Shown here: piece by piece, positions 49,604-63,267 of the stretch
Position numbering within the stretch: position 1 is the first letter of the stretch
Layout: every line of letters begins with the position of its first letter
Assembly (NCBI RefSeq): GCF_016433145.1
Contig: NC_058135.1
Location: forward strand, 124,710,817-124,774,816
Direction of reading: 5' to 3'
Source of the DNA: Gracilinanus agilis
Lineage: Eukaryota
DNA: 64,000 bases
Program-made: the position numbers and the translations under genes
Notes under the pieces: generated by a model
Seen by the model: the letters and a program-made list of their open reading frames with translations, nothing else
Told to the model about the DNA's origin: nothing
Databases searched by the model: none

Positions 49604-52389
49604 AGGGGCAGAAGGAACAAATCTAGGTCACTCTGGCTTGGGTTGAAGTCACTGTTCAGTGATTGTCAAGAAATTAGATTAAGCTAATAGGGTGGCTCCA
49701 GATCTTGGAGACCCATGAGGCTAAGGGATCCAAGATAAGTCTCTAAATAGAGGAGTGACAACAAGAAAACAATATTTTAGAAGCAGCCATTGCGTGATAG
49801 AGCCCTGGATGAATTCAAGTGGAGAAATGTGGGAAATGTAAGGAAACCAGTTAGAAAATGAACGTAATGAGGTAATAAAGTCCTCAACTGGAATTTAAAT
49901 AGAGGTGCAGGCCTAAGAAGCAGGAACAACAACAAGAAAAAAATTAAAGCCATATGGTGGGAAGTCTCAAAACTGGCACCGAAGTTTCTAACATGGCAAA
50001 TAGGAGAAGGGTGGTGCCATTGGGAGCAACGGGTAAGTCAGAAAGGGTTTTAGGGGGGATATAAGTTCTGGGTAAAATATGTTGAGCTTGAGGTGACTGC
50101 AAGATGGCCAAATGGTTATACTGTGCCCACCAGTTGTAGGTAAAATCTGGGCTAAAGATATAATCTGGTAGTCAACTGCACAGGGCTGATAGGTGACAGC
50201 TGAAGTTGTAAGAGAGTAAGAAGTAATGTGACGGACAGACTACTGAAAGGGATGGGGGGAGAAGAGGGGAAAACTGGTTATAGAATAAGGGAAAAGAACC
50301 ACAAAGGAGATTCCAATGGATAATTTTAGAGGTAGGAGAAAAATCAGGATAGTTTCAAGAGGAGAGTTTAAGGTGGGCTTGTATCCAATGCTACAGAGGG
50401 AGAGCGGAAAAAAAAAAAGAATGAGAACCAAGAAAACTTCATGGGAATTAGCAAGAAAGAGGTCAAGTTGACCTTTGATGGTAGAGACTTTTTATAGCAC
50501 AGTGAGGATGTATGCCAAATCAGAAGGGGTTTAAAGAGGAAATAAGTATCAAATAAGAGCAGGCAATAGGCGTAGATGTCTTGGAAGGTGAAATATATAA
50601 TATGGAGCTCTCTGGGGACTCAATAGGTTAGTAGATAGCAAAAACCAAAAGCATTGAAGAATTTAAAGGTCCTCAGCAGAGAAATTCTGAGAACCTTGGG
50701 AAAATGAACACATTCAAACTCAGGAAACCATATGGGTTGTATCTCCCATGTTGCATTGAGGGATTCAATTCAGACTTTAGTGTCGACTCTAAAAAATATT
50801 GCAGTTTTGTGTGGCCATACTAACTGATTTCTCTCCTTGGACAACGTCCTTCCTCAAATGATTCACTACTTCTCCCTTCCAAATCCAAATAGTAAAAAAA
50901 TAATTTGAAGCAAATGACCACCTCCATGAAAAAGCCATGATAGTCTTTCCTGAAAAGGATAAAAAGGCATGACCTTATATAGGAATGTTTATATAAAAGG
51001 ACCCCAGAAATTCTGGGAGGACAAAAGAAATAACTGAGAAAGGGGGAAGGGGAGGTGTTGGATGGGTCCAGATATTTTAAAATGAGGAAATGTTTCTAAA
51101 TGCTACGGAGATGGATAGCATTGTAAAAAGCAATGTGGCTAAGCTAAAAGGGAAAAGCATCTAAATAGCTAGGTTCCTCTAGGAGGCTGCTTCAAGATGG
51201 TAATTATCATCCGGAATCATGGACATATCTTCAAATGGAAAGACCCTTCTCAGAGCCCTCTTAAGATAAGATTCCAATTCTAAGAACCTAAAATACTTAA
51301 TTCTTTAGAACACAAAATGGTAGAATATACACAAGTGAGGGACTCAGATGAATTATGTCCAAAGCACAAAAAGCAATCAGATTGGCAGTGAGAGAATGTC
51401 CAAGACACACGGGAAATCTCTCATCTGATTCAGTTCCATCCACCTTTCCCTCCCCTTTTCCCTTCCAAGCTTTTTAGCCTCTCAAGGTTGCAGAGTTTTT
51501 CATGATGTTTTAAAATGTGAGTGAAGAGGAAACCAGGGGATTCACTTAGAGTTTGATTTATGAAAAAAAAATACAGAGTTCTCTCTGTTTCAGGTGTGAA
51601 CATTTTGTGAACCGAGCTCTAGCTATACTATAGCTTTTGTCACTTTCTGTTGAAAATCTTGAAGAAGAAAGGTCACTAAGGAAAGTGCTCTCAACTGAAC
51701 AACTGTGTGGCATCTTACCAAGAAGGAGGGAAAAAGAAGAACACAACCTAGCACTATTAGCTTCACATCCAAACTCAATCTAGGCTAATATAATTGTAAT
51801 ACTTGTTGTATGCCTATACACTTAGTTTTTAATTGTGAGAGGGTGGTAATAACAACAGTAATAGTTATTATTTATATAGAGCTGTAAGGCTTACAAAGGG
51901 CTTAACACATAGTATCTTATTTGAGTCTTACAAAAACTCTATGAGCTAAGGATTATTATTCCCATTTTATAGATGAGGAAACTTAAATTAAGAAAGGTTT
52001 GAATGACTTTCCCAGTCTCACAGCTATTTGGGGCCTGAAGAAGATGAACTCTGAAAGAGACTGAAGTATATCATATTTTCTCTCTATTTTCCCTATTGCT
52101 TTTTCTATGTCTTTTTTTTTCCAACATGGCAAACTAATGTGGATTAATCTACCTAACTATGTGATTTTATATCTAATCACCCATCTCTGTGATGGACTTA
52201 AAAAAAAAACCCCGAGACCTACAAATGTTATTAAATGAATCCTGTGTAATTTATACACAGTATGATTGACTTTAGGTTATGATACTCCATGTGTATAACA
52301 TATATTTATAACAAAAGTAAAGGATAATTGATGAAGAGACTTTGGGTCCCACTGATAAACAGCCAGCACAGCACAGAGGAAATGCAAGG

Positions 52390-52500
52390 AAGACCCCCAG
52401 CCCACTGGGTAGAATCCCCTGGGAAGAACCATGGCAAGAAGAGAGCTTATGAGTCTCAGGATGTCAAGGCATGGATAGGTGGCCAGCTAGCATAGATTCA
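52390..52500 (+). mobile_element. Possible RTE LINE 3' fragment
   Basis: cccagcccactgggtagaatcccctg...caggatgtcaaggcatggataggt resembles marsupial RTE 3' ends. Confidence 0.35.
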
Positions 52501-52774
52501 CTAGAGAACTCAAAAGGCAATGGGATGTCCTGGGAAGGGTATGGAATCAGCAATCAGTTTATATGCTGAATATGTCCATTCCTATTCATACATCCTTGAA
52601 TATGGGACAAAATTTCTCAGTGCCTTCTGTTCCTTATCAGGAAAGTGAACAGGTTAGGTCAGACGACCTATAGAATCCCTTCCCAGCTCTAAATCTATGA
52701 ACAATCTTGAGGAAAAATAATTATCAAGATGTTTTAATTCCATGCTTTAGATCCCAAGAGTTACATTAAAAAAG

Positions 52775-52930
52775 AAATCTTCAGGTCAACTCGAATCAAA
52801 TTGGATTTGTACCAGCAATGAAGGGCCAGTTCAATGTTAGAAAAGTTATCAACTTAACTGACCATATAAATAGCAAAGCAATAAAATAATATGATTATAT
52901 CAAGAATGGAGAAAAAGATGTGGCAAGATA
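52775..52930 (+). mobile_element. L1 ORF2 reverse-transcriptase fragment
   Basis: ggatttgtaccagcaatgaagggccagttcaatgttagaaaa...atgattatatca corresponds to a degraded GFIPGMQGWFNIRK...MIIS motif. Confidence 0.75.
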
Positions 52931-53013
52931 GAGCACTCATTCCTGTTAAATTTTTCAAGTCATTCTCCAAAGTTTCTTGTCTGTCTCTGTATGTTCTGCA
53001 TTTGAGCATATGT

Positions 53014-53015
<2 letters not shown>

Positions 53016-53044
<29 letters not shown>
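53016..53044. repeat. (CA)n microsatellite
   Basis: Perfect AC run. Confidence 0.95.
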
Positions 53045-53047
<3 letters not shown>

Positions 53048-55379
53048 ATTTGATGTTTAACTGTTTCGTGTCTGACTGTTACCCCATTTGGGGATTTTCT
53101 TGGCAAAAGACACTTTTCTCCTTGTCAAGTATTAAGAGCTTTCTATCTAATAACTTTGGAGAGAGTAACTGTATGTGAGTTGATGAAGTCTGAGTCCAGA
53201 TGGTCAGAGGAGAGGAAGGAGAGACAACATGGAGGGGAGAGAGGAANNNNNNNNNNNNNNNNNNNNNNNNNNNNNNNNNNNNNNNNNNNNNNNNNNNNNN
53301 NNNNNNNNNNNNNNNNNNNNNNNNNNNNNNNNNNNNNNNNNNNNNNNNNNNNNNNNNNNNNNNNNNNNNNNNNNNNNNNNNNNNNNNNNNNNNNNNNNNN
53401 NNNNNNNNNNNNNNNNNNNNNNNNNNNNNNNNNNNNNNNNNNNNNNNNNNNNNNNNNNNNNNNNNNNNNNNNNNNNAAGAAAGGGCCCAGGGAGGGTTTG
53501 GGAGGAGCAGCCTGTTTGTAGGCAGCAGGGAAGGGACTAGTAGACAGAGACTGAAGATGAGAAGAAGTTGAGGAAGGATAATTCTGGAGAGTATCTATGT
53601 AAGAGAAAAGAAGATGAGAACCAGAACACACCAAGGGAGTTGACTACTCTTCAGAGACTGAAGGAAAAAGGGGAATATTTTCAGGGGGGTTGAGATACAT
53701 TGTAGGGTAGAAGAGATTTGACAAAGTATGATCTCTCTCTTCTTAGTAAAGTACATGGTAAGACCATAGGAGGCAATGTTAGATAGAGTTTTAAGGGGGA
53801 AATGAGAAAGCTTTAAATATCGAAGGGTACATCAGGGAAGAGTAAAAGAATAGACATGTTTCAGTAGGAGACAGGTGAGAACAGATTACCTAAATTTGTA
53901 TCACACTAGATCGATATGGTTTGAGAACTTCGTAGGGCGCCACTCAGCAACATGTAAGAGGTTAGGAAGTGAGACTTATTAGGTTTGGGTTTCAGTGAGG
54001 CAAGGGCAAACTATTGGACAAGAGGGCAAGAGAACAGTATAAAGCTGAAAACTGGGAAAGGAAGACAGAAAAGTTAGAGCAGGAAAGATGGTGTGATAGG
54101 CCACTGAGTTTTATGAATGGAGTCATGCTAAGAATAAAGAATGGATTTAAGAAAAGTGAAGAATAGGGAAAGATGAAATAATAGGAGGCTAAGATTGAAT
54201 AAATACCCACACCTGCAGATAATGGTAAGATCAAGAGTTTATGGATTTCTGAAAATATATACTGCAGCAACTGGCCCAGCATCATTTTTGAGTTATTCTT
54301 CAATTCTAGTCCTTCTACTTTTAATTAAAAGCAAGGAAGCTTGCTTACATAATAGACAAATAGATTCTCACATACTTAATCATGCTATGATGATTAAAGT
54401 GAATCTAGCAAGCATCCAAGAAAAAAGTTAAGTTTTTGAACGATATGCTACATTTTCATTTTCCATAGCTATGGTGAGTAAGGCCAGCTCCAACAGGCTA
54501 GAAAAAGCCCTACATTATGAAGCATTTAAGTGTTGTTCTTCCAAGGTCTCCTTTGGTTTTCTAAAAAAAAAATCAATAATATACTTGTCTCTTAGGTCAG
54601 AAAAAATTAGGCAAATATCAAAGACTTCCCTTAAATGATAAGACCTTCTCCATAGTATACTCCTCACTTGACTAAGCTTATCTGTATGTCTGGCTTAAAA
54701 AGCAACCCAAGCTGAAGAAAATTAAATCAGATTTTTTTAACAGTCAATTCTCAATTATCTATGATAACAAGAGATTAAATGGAGGAGAACCCTGGCAGCA
54801 ATCACTAAAAAGACCAATAATGGAAAACAGATGCTACTAACATTTTTTTAATGTTATGAACCACTTTGGCAGTCTTGGTCAAATCTTAGAACCCCTTCTA
54901 AGAAAAATACTTCTGAATAACTGAAGGAAATTATAAATTTCAGTTCGAAGTTAGGGGAAAATGAAGATATATATTTGTTCGCATGCAAGTTCATGAATCC
55001 CCAAAATCTCTCAATAGGGGTTGGTGGATGTCAGGCTAAGTACCTCTAAGAGAGTGCCTCAGAATAAGCTCAGTCACACACACACACACAACATATCTTT
55101 CTGTAATGCAAGAACTTCCCAAGAAGAGTAGGCAAAAGTTTTCCACTTTCCTCAGTGACCTGAACCTCTCATGAATATTTTAACCTCATACAGACTGGGA
55201 TTCCTTTTCTCCCCAGGGATACTGGGAAAAACATCCAAGAAAAACTCTTGACTTCTCTTCCTTGTTGAAGACAACAACTGGCACCAAGGAAGTTAACAAC
55301 AAACCTAAGAAAGTCACTTCTGTCTGATGTACCCCCAAAGTTAAACTGTTTAATTATTTTTTAAATTAATAAACATTAG

Positions 55380-55700
55380 CAATGCAATAATCCAGGACAA
55401 TTCTGAGGGACTGATGAGAAAGAACGCTCTCCACATCCAGAGAAAGAAGTGTGGGAGTAGAAACAAAGAAGAAAAACAACTGCTTGATTGCATGGGTTGA
55501 TGGGGATATAATGGGGGATATTGACTCTCAATGAGCACCCCAGTGCAAATATCAATAATATGGAAATAGGTCTTGATCAATGACACATGTAAAACCCAGT
55601 GAAATTGCAGTATGGGAGGGGGTGGGAGGAGAGGAGGGAAAGAATATGAATCATGTAACCAGGGAAAATTTTTCTTAATCAATTTAATTGATGGCAAAAA
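55380..55700 (+). mobile_element. L1 3' end
   Basis: caatgcaataatccaggacaattctgaggg...ggtcttgatcaatgacacatgtaaaaccc...gaatcatgtaacc. Confidence 0.88.
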
Positions 55701-55739
55701 AAATAAAAATAAAAATATTTTAAAAATAATAATAAAATT

Positions 55740-56250
55740 TTTTCTACAAAAAAATTAAAAAGCATTTGTTTTCTTTGCCATACACTAAAAGAAAAGAAGA
55801 AAAGGAAATCCATGTAACAAATAGGCATAGTCATGCAAAACAAATTCCCAAACTGACCATATCCCACAATATACCCTTAAGTCCATTATAACCTCTTTGT
55901 CAAGCAATGGGTTTCACTTTTCTTACTCTGGCACCGTGGCTGATCATTTCACTACTCAGAGTGAAATGTCTTTTGAAACTGTTCATTTTCACAAAATTAT
56001 TGTCATACTATAAACTTGTTCTCCTGGATATACTTACTTCATTCTGCTTCAATTTAGATGAGTCTTCCTGAATCGATCTGCAAATACCCTCTTCGTTATT
56101 TCTTACAGTAGAACTATATTGCAATATATTCACATGTCATAATTTGTTTAGCCATCCCTCAACTAATGGGCATCACTTCAGATTCTATGTCTTTGTTGCC
56201 CCCCCCCAAATTTATAAACATGTTTGTACACACAGAACCTTTTCTTCTTT
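55740..56250 (-). mobile_element. Old L1 3' end, tail-to-tail with the previous element
   Basis: atttcttacagtagaactatattgc...ataatttgtttagccatcc..caactaatgggcat is the reverse of the L1 ORF2 end and 3'UTR. Confidence 0.7.
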
Positions 56251-56346
56251 TTTTGATCTGATTTAAAGATCAAATTTAGTCTTGGTGATTCTTCCTTTGT
56301 TTTCATATGACCAAACAGAGACCTCAATAGAGACATAATTACTTAC

Positions 56347-56506
56347 TGGTTAGATGTCCAGTCTACCAATTCTCCACCATCTGTAAGGAGGTGGTTTTTT
56401 TCTGGTCCAGGGGAACTACTCAAAATGGCAGGTGTAGGAGAGTGTGAAGAAAGTGAGTCAAGGCTGCCCGTTGGGGTATCCTCCTTGGGAGGGCTAGGAT
56501 TGTCAG
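56347..56506 (-). CDS. ARHGAP10: ARHGAP10 exon (Ser/Pro-rich linker)
   Basis: cccttttttccttttAG|CT GAC AAT...AAC CA|GTAAGT; encodes (A)DNPSPPKEDTPTGSLDSLSSHSPTPAILSSSPGPEKNHLLTDGGELVDWTSN, aligning with human DNPYPSKEDTPTSSLDSLSS...KNHLLADGG; 160 nt, ends in phase 2 matching the 23176 acceptor. Confidence 0.96.
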
Positions 56507-57299
56507 CTAAAAGGAAAAAAAGGGAGATGAAGATGTAAAGTAATGCTGTTTAAAAAAGGCATACCACTAACAATCAGACAACATTACCTGATTAATCAAT
56601 CAAACATCATCTTTAAATTACATTTATAATTCAGGCTGTGACTATTTGGATCTCCTGTCTTATAAGGTTGTGGCTGCTTTTTAAACCAAATATTCCTAAA
56701 ATAAACCATCTGGAATATTCACAGGAAGAAATGATGTCTCACAAGATAAAACTCTAATTAAAATTCAATCAGACAAAAACTGTGTGGTCTTGATAGTGGC
56801 CACAATGATGCCCCAATCTATAAGAAAGCAACAGCCATGAGCCAATGAAAACCTTGTGGGCCAAAGAGGACAGAGATGCATTCCTGTGGCCTGACCTTCA
56901 TTTCCTTGTTGCCTGATGACTCTCCAGGTTACTCCCAGACCACACATTTCTACACAATGACATTAAGAAACTGCAGGACACCTCAGGCTCGTGGTTGTCA
57001 TCTTAGACCCTCATTCCATCTCTCAGTCAGTAAAAGTTCCAAAATACAGAGGAATGTCTTATCCTCCCCTATAAACACTAAAGAAGGATGTTACAAAAAT
57101 CTAGACTACTAAAATGCTTAGGAGGGGAAGCTTAGCCCAAATGAGAAAATATTTTCAAGATGCATATGTTCAAAGAGGATCGTTTTGTTAAAAATATTGA
57201 GGATTATTTATATATGTTGTGGGTTTAAGTGAAGAACTCGGAGGGTGGAAAGCAAATCAGTTGTTCTCCCTCTATATTTTATTGTATCTATTTATATTT

Positions 57300-57475
57300 A
57301 AAATAACCCTTATCTTTTGACCTGGGATCAATATGAAGTATCGGTTACAAAGCAGAAAAGTGGTAAGGCCTGGGCAATTGGGATGACACAGCCAGGAAGT
57401 GTTTGAGGTCACATTTGAACCCATTTGAATCCATCTTTAGGCATGGGGCTCTATCCACTGAGAGACCTAGCTGCT
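57300..57475 (-). mobile_element. Older SINE1-related SINE
   Basis: aacccttatctt...gaggtcacatttgaaccc...ctatccactgag..acctagctgctcc. Confidence 0.7.
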
Positions 57476-60400
57476 CCTCCTCTATATTCCAATTGCAACT
57501 TTTCTGCTCCCTAAATAAATAGGCGTTTATTAGCCACTTAATGTGTCACACTCACTGTGTACTTAGAAGACATTTCGCTCTAAAGGAGCTCCCAGACCCT
57601 AAGTAGAAAAGACAATCCATTAGACTGTGAGCTCCTCAGAGACCGTCTTTTCACCTTTCTTTCTATTCCCTGCACTTAGCACAGTTCACCGCCTGGCATA
57701 TAGTAGGTGTTTAATGAATGTCTATTGGCTGAGTGATTGGCACATGTAGAAGGGAAGGTCCTGGGGTCCTAGAAGGGAGCCACAGGGGACAAAGGCAAGA
57801 CCCAGGAGTCCTTAGAATGCACCTGGATGTCTGCCCCTCAGGAAAACCTCTGGGGCTGAGTGGTCATAGTAGAACAGTTTCTGGTGTCCTTGGGGCACAG
57901 GTGACAATGAAAAGGAGATTCTGTGTCCTGCTACGATGGGAAAAGAGAAAGGGAAACCCGGGGATTGATTCTGAGGCATTCTTACACCCACCGCAACCCT
58001 TAAAATGCACTCACATTTATTTTCATCCACAATTCTCCTCCATTATTGTTTATGCAGAGAAGACAAGAGCCTAGTACTGTGCTAGGCTGACGACACCGTA
58101 CTATGCTCATACTTTTTTCAGCATAGGAGTTTTGACATCTAGGTTTTAATGTGGCTCTCAAAGAATCTGGTCACCAACAAACTAAGGAGGGGAGAAACAT
58201 GGCTGCCTAGAGAGAAGTCATGGTTACAGAATATACATGAAATCTAGGAATAACGAGCCTCTTGACCACACACATGCACGCACAACCATGGAATCTAATT
58301 TCACTGATGAGATGAAGAATAAAATTATCAGACTGTAAATGAAGTTAGAAAGTTAGATCGTTAGACACCGAAGTCTCCAAAGGACTCTCGTCCTCCTGCC
58401 TGGTTCCAACGAGGGCTTGAATAAACTCCCGCACCTCCCTAGTCCTTGTCAGATTCCCCCTGTTTCACCACCAGTGAAGTGAGAAAAGACCTAACTTATC
58501 ACTGACAGAGCCATTTAATGGACAAACATGGCAGAACTAATAATAGAGCTATAGCCAGAATAGAAAATCTTGAGGAAAAGAGCATATAGATTTTTTTAAA
58601 CGATGACTAGTAGAATTCAAGTAAAAGTGTAATGGCAAAAGTTCAAGGAGAGGCTCCCCTCTTCCCAGCCTACACCCCAAAAACAATGTCTATAATTCAC
58701 TTTTAAATTTAATCTGTTTTTTCTAACATTTTTCTCCATCACTCTTTTTTAAAGTCTAGACAGTTAACAAGACAATCTATCAAGCCTTTGTTTTATTTAA
58801 GCATTGGCTGTGATAGAAATGCTTGCACTGAAAATTTTTAACAATTAGCTCTCTTAAACAGCTTCAAGCTGGCTCTAGGACATCCCTGAATAGAAACTGT
58901 AGAGACGATTTATTATTGGGGGGAGAAGAGTGATGGAGGGGGTATTTGTGAGTCAAGGTAGCATTGGTGGAGAGAGTTCTTGTCTCAGGGAAGAATCTAA
59001 TTCTAATTCTGCCTTAGATTCATATTGCCTGTGTGATTCTGGGCTGGTCACTTGCCCTCTCGCTCTTCAGGACCACTCACTAAAGTGGAAGAATGGATAG
59101 ACTGCTGGGCCTGAGGTCAAGGAGATTGGAATTCAAATTCTGCCTCAAAAATCACTTCCCCCTTGCCTGCCTCAATTTATTCAACTGAAAAATGGGGGCA
59201 ATGATATTAAAACCACACCCCCCCCCGGGCCCGTTGATCATATGAGAGAATTTTTGTAAAGCTCCTAGCAAGCACAATGTCTGACACAAAGTAGGCATGA
59301 CATAAATCTTAGCTTTTCTTAATTATTATTAAGTGGCTGTTCTTACTGTACCATGAGGCAGATCTCTATTGATGGAAGTTCTTCATATCAATGAAATTAC
59401 AAGTTTGCTTCAAAAAAGAGGGGAAACGAATAAAGAACCTGCATGGAGATGGGGGGGGGATTGGTCAAAGTGAATATCCCCAGTGATATTCAATACTCAG
59501 TTTATTGAGCATTCAGTTTATAAGACAGGGGCCAGCTGATGAGGATACAAACAAAAATAGGCCAGTTCAGACCCTCAAGGAGCTTACATTCAACAGAGAA
59601 ATAGAGATAATAAATATGGAGCAGATAGGAATTCATTTCAAAAAGGAGTGTGCTTACACCTGAGGGAAGGGAGGAAGGAGGAAGGTGGGAGATGAGCTCT
59701 GCTTTGAGAGGTGATGGTACCCTCAGAGAAAGAAGTCAGCTTTGGGGCAGGGAGACCACCAATGTGGGTTGAGGTCTTTTTTTTAAATGAGTGAGGGTTC
59801 AAAAGAAAGATAGACTCAATGAATGGAAAGGATCTTATGCAGGGAAGTCACCCATGGAAAGCCCTGAAATCTATCTTGGGACATCAGCACCATACAGGCA
59901 GCAAGGAGAGTGTAGCTCCCCCAGCAACAGTCACTTTTTCCACAGCTCTTCACCACAAGATGCTTTAGCTAATTGGTGCAATTCAACTCCCCAACAAAAG
60001 AGCCAATTTTCAGGCAAATGAACCAGAACCCACGGATTGACCACTGCTAGGATTCCTTTTGATTTATTTTCTTTTTTGAACTTGGTCCACCCACCAGGAA
60101 CAAAAAGACTATCAGCTCTGCTGGGTGACAGCTCTTTTTTATTCTCCTCCTCACCAAAGAGTGCAGAAGAGAACACTTTCACAGGCCTCTGCTCCCCTCC
60201 CCCAGGAATCAGGGCACTGGGTGGGGACCCCTAACGGAACAGGAGCACACAGTCCCCCCATTCACCTGCAGCACAGCTGTTCATCTGGGGCTGCTCAGGA
60301 TGGCTGGGCCAGATGCAGCAAAGCCCGGTGGGTTTTTGAGGCAGAGCAGTGCTAACCTCAAGTATGAGTCAGACATAATCCAGCCAGATGCTGCTCCTCC

Positions 60401-62411
60401 CAATAGCAGCTCCTGGGTTTCCCTGGGATGGGAGCCGGCCCCCATTAATCTTGAGATGCTGCCTTCCCTGTCTGCAGGGCACGACCCAGCCCAGGCAGAG
60501 AACACGAGGGCCAGGACCTAAGTCACTGTCTCATTCCAGAAGGAAACAAGGACTCTTGGGGAGCAGAGAGCCCCGGATGCTTCCTGTGCTGGCTCCCACT
60601 CCACATTTCCCCCCAATCCAATCTCAGCCCACCCTTGCCCCCACACTGAAGGAGCACCAATTGTCATTCAACATATTAAATCATGCCCTATTAGAAGGCT
60701 GCCTCCTCCTGCCAAACCCCAGCCATCGGAACCCACCATGTGAAAATGCCATCTGTAGTATCACAGATATTTATGCAGACAGATCAAGCAGAAAGATGCC
60801 CATCCCCAACATCCTTTCTAAGTGAATGCAATGTTGTTTCCTCCCTGCCAAGATGGAATGAACAGAGACCGAACTCAGGCACTGAATGCAGGATCACACC
60901 AAACCCACAGGTATAAAAAAACCCAAATCGACGATAACCATTTCATTTCTCTTTTTAGTACTTAGTCCTTTAACAACAAAAAAAAAAAAATCAAAATAAT
61001 TGTTTCTTTTAAAACAAAGAAGGTACTAAATGGCACTTTAAAGAAATTCATTTAGAACCCAGGGAGATTTCTTTCCTATTAAAATAGGAACACAATTTTG
61101 TGAAATAGGGAAAACTGAGGCACTGACTATGGGACTTCATCTTCGCAGCCTCAATTTCCTTATTTGTAAAATGAGGCTTTAAAGTTCCTTACAGTTCTGG
61201 ATCTATGATTTGAGGACCAGACCATTGATTTTATTGGTATCTAACATGAACAAAATCATTGATGGCATTTGGATGCTTTTCTGACTGCTCTGACAATGGG
61301 GCATCAGATACAGCTCAGATTCAGCTTCTCCTGAAAAAGTAAAAAGGCTTTTGTGGAAGGGGAGATTGTCCCACCAAGGACAGGACTCAAGCATGGAAAC
61401 TAAGCTCATTCCTGAAAAACGCCAGTTGTAGCTCACCCAGGGGTTTAGACACTTTCTCTGTGTAGGCCTAGCTCAAGTGCCACCTCCTCTGTAAAGCCTG
61501 TTCCAGTTTTACCTGTGTACTCTGCATCACAGGGCAGCTAAGTGGCACAGCACAGAGAGCATCTTCCGGAGTTCAAATCTAGCCTCAGGCACTATTTGAG
61601 ATAGCTCATTTTGTAGGTTACTCTGATATCAAACCTATATTTATCAATTGGTAACTTTCCACCCTCTCCTCCTAGTTTTGTTCTCTGGGGTCAAGCAGAA
61701 CGAGTCTAATTTCTTTCACAAGGCAATCCTTAGAGACCATTTCATTTCTCCCTAAGTCTTCTCTCCTAAAATATCCTGAGTTCTTTTGACCTGTCTCTTT
61801 GCATATGGTATTAAGTCAAGGTCTTTTGCCATCTCGGTTTTGACCTATCATTGCCCATCCTAAATTAGGATGCCCAGTACCAAATGCTAAGAATAAGCAA
61901 ATCACACGCCTAGAATTTTGTTTCTCTCAAAACTTTCTGTCCAAGGATAGCCAAGTCACAGATCACTTGACCCCACTTAAGATTCCAGATGAATTTCTGT
62001 TCATTACCAACCCTCTTCTATTCATTAAATGGTCAACAAACTTAAACTCTGTCTCAATTTTCTGAGCTGTAAAATAAGGATAAAAATAATACCTACCCTC
62101 CCTGGTTTATTGGAGGATCGATTGAGACAACAACTATAAAGCACTTAGCATAATGCCTGGCACATAGTAGGCACTTCATAAATGCTTATTCTCTCATCCC
62201 ACATATATCATCAGCTGCTGAGTCTTGTTGATTCTCTCTCTCTAATATTTCTCACCTCCATCCTTTTCCTCCATTCATAAGGCCACACTCTAGTGCAAGC
62301 CTTCACAAGCCCCCTAAAAAGTAGGCAGGCCCCCTTGACATACCTCTCTGATGAGCTCCCTAATCTAGCCTCCCCATGGCTGCCACTCCTCTCTTTAAAA
62401 TCTCCACCACA

Positions 62412-63267
62412 TAGCAAAAAATTGGAAAATGAGGGGATGCTCTTCTATTGGGGAATGTCTGAACAAATTGTGGTATCTGCTGGTGATGAAATACTATTGT
62501 GCTCAAAGGAATAATGAACTGGAGGAATTCCATGTGAATTGGAATGACCTCCAGGAACTGATGCTGAGTGAAAGGAGCAGAAGCAGGAGAACATTGTACA
62601 CAGAGATGGATACACTGTGACACAATCCAATGTAATGGACTTCTCTGTTAGCAGCAATGCAGTGATCTAGGACAGTACTGAGGGACTTATGAGAAAGGAC
62701 AACATTCAGAGGAAGAACTGTGGGAGCAGAAAGACAGAAGAAAAACAACTGCTTGATCACATAGTTCAATGGGGATACAAGTGGGGATGTAGAGTCTAAG
62801 TGATCACCCTAGTGCAAATATTAATAATATAGAAATAGGTCTTGATCAATGGCATGTATACAGAGAGACGAATACACTGTGGTACAATCAAATATAATGG
62901 ACTTCTCTACTAGCAGCAATACAATGACCCAGGAAAATTCTGAGGGACTTATGAGAAAGAATGCTATTCATATTCAGAGGAAGAACTGTGGGAGTAGAAA
63001 CACAGAAGAAAAACAATTGCTTGATCACATAGGTTGATGGGGACATGATTGGGGATGGAGACTCTAGAGATCACCCTAATGCAAATATCAATAATATGTA
63101 AATAGGTCTTGATCAGTGACATGTAAAACCCAGTGGAATTGCTTGTTGACTACGGGAGGGGGATAGTAAGAGGGGAGGGAAAGAACATGAATCATGGAAA
63201 AATATTCTAAATTAATTAATTAAATAAACTTTAAACTTAGTTCTACCTGAAAAAAAAAAAAGAAAAG
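62412..63267 (+). mobile_element. L1 3' end with an internal ~260-bp tandem duplication, inserted in an L2 relic
   Basis: aaattggaaaatgaggggatg...catgaatcatgg, poly(A); TSD aaatc(t/a)ccaccaca at 62398-62411 and 63268-63281. Confidence 0.88.

Noticed and set aside
54476-54480. Approximate position of a 5-nt microexon-like pattern (ttttccatAG CTATG GTGAGT) on +
   Set aside because: Wrong strand for ARHGAP10 and too short to interpret.
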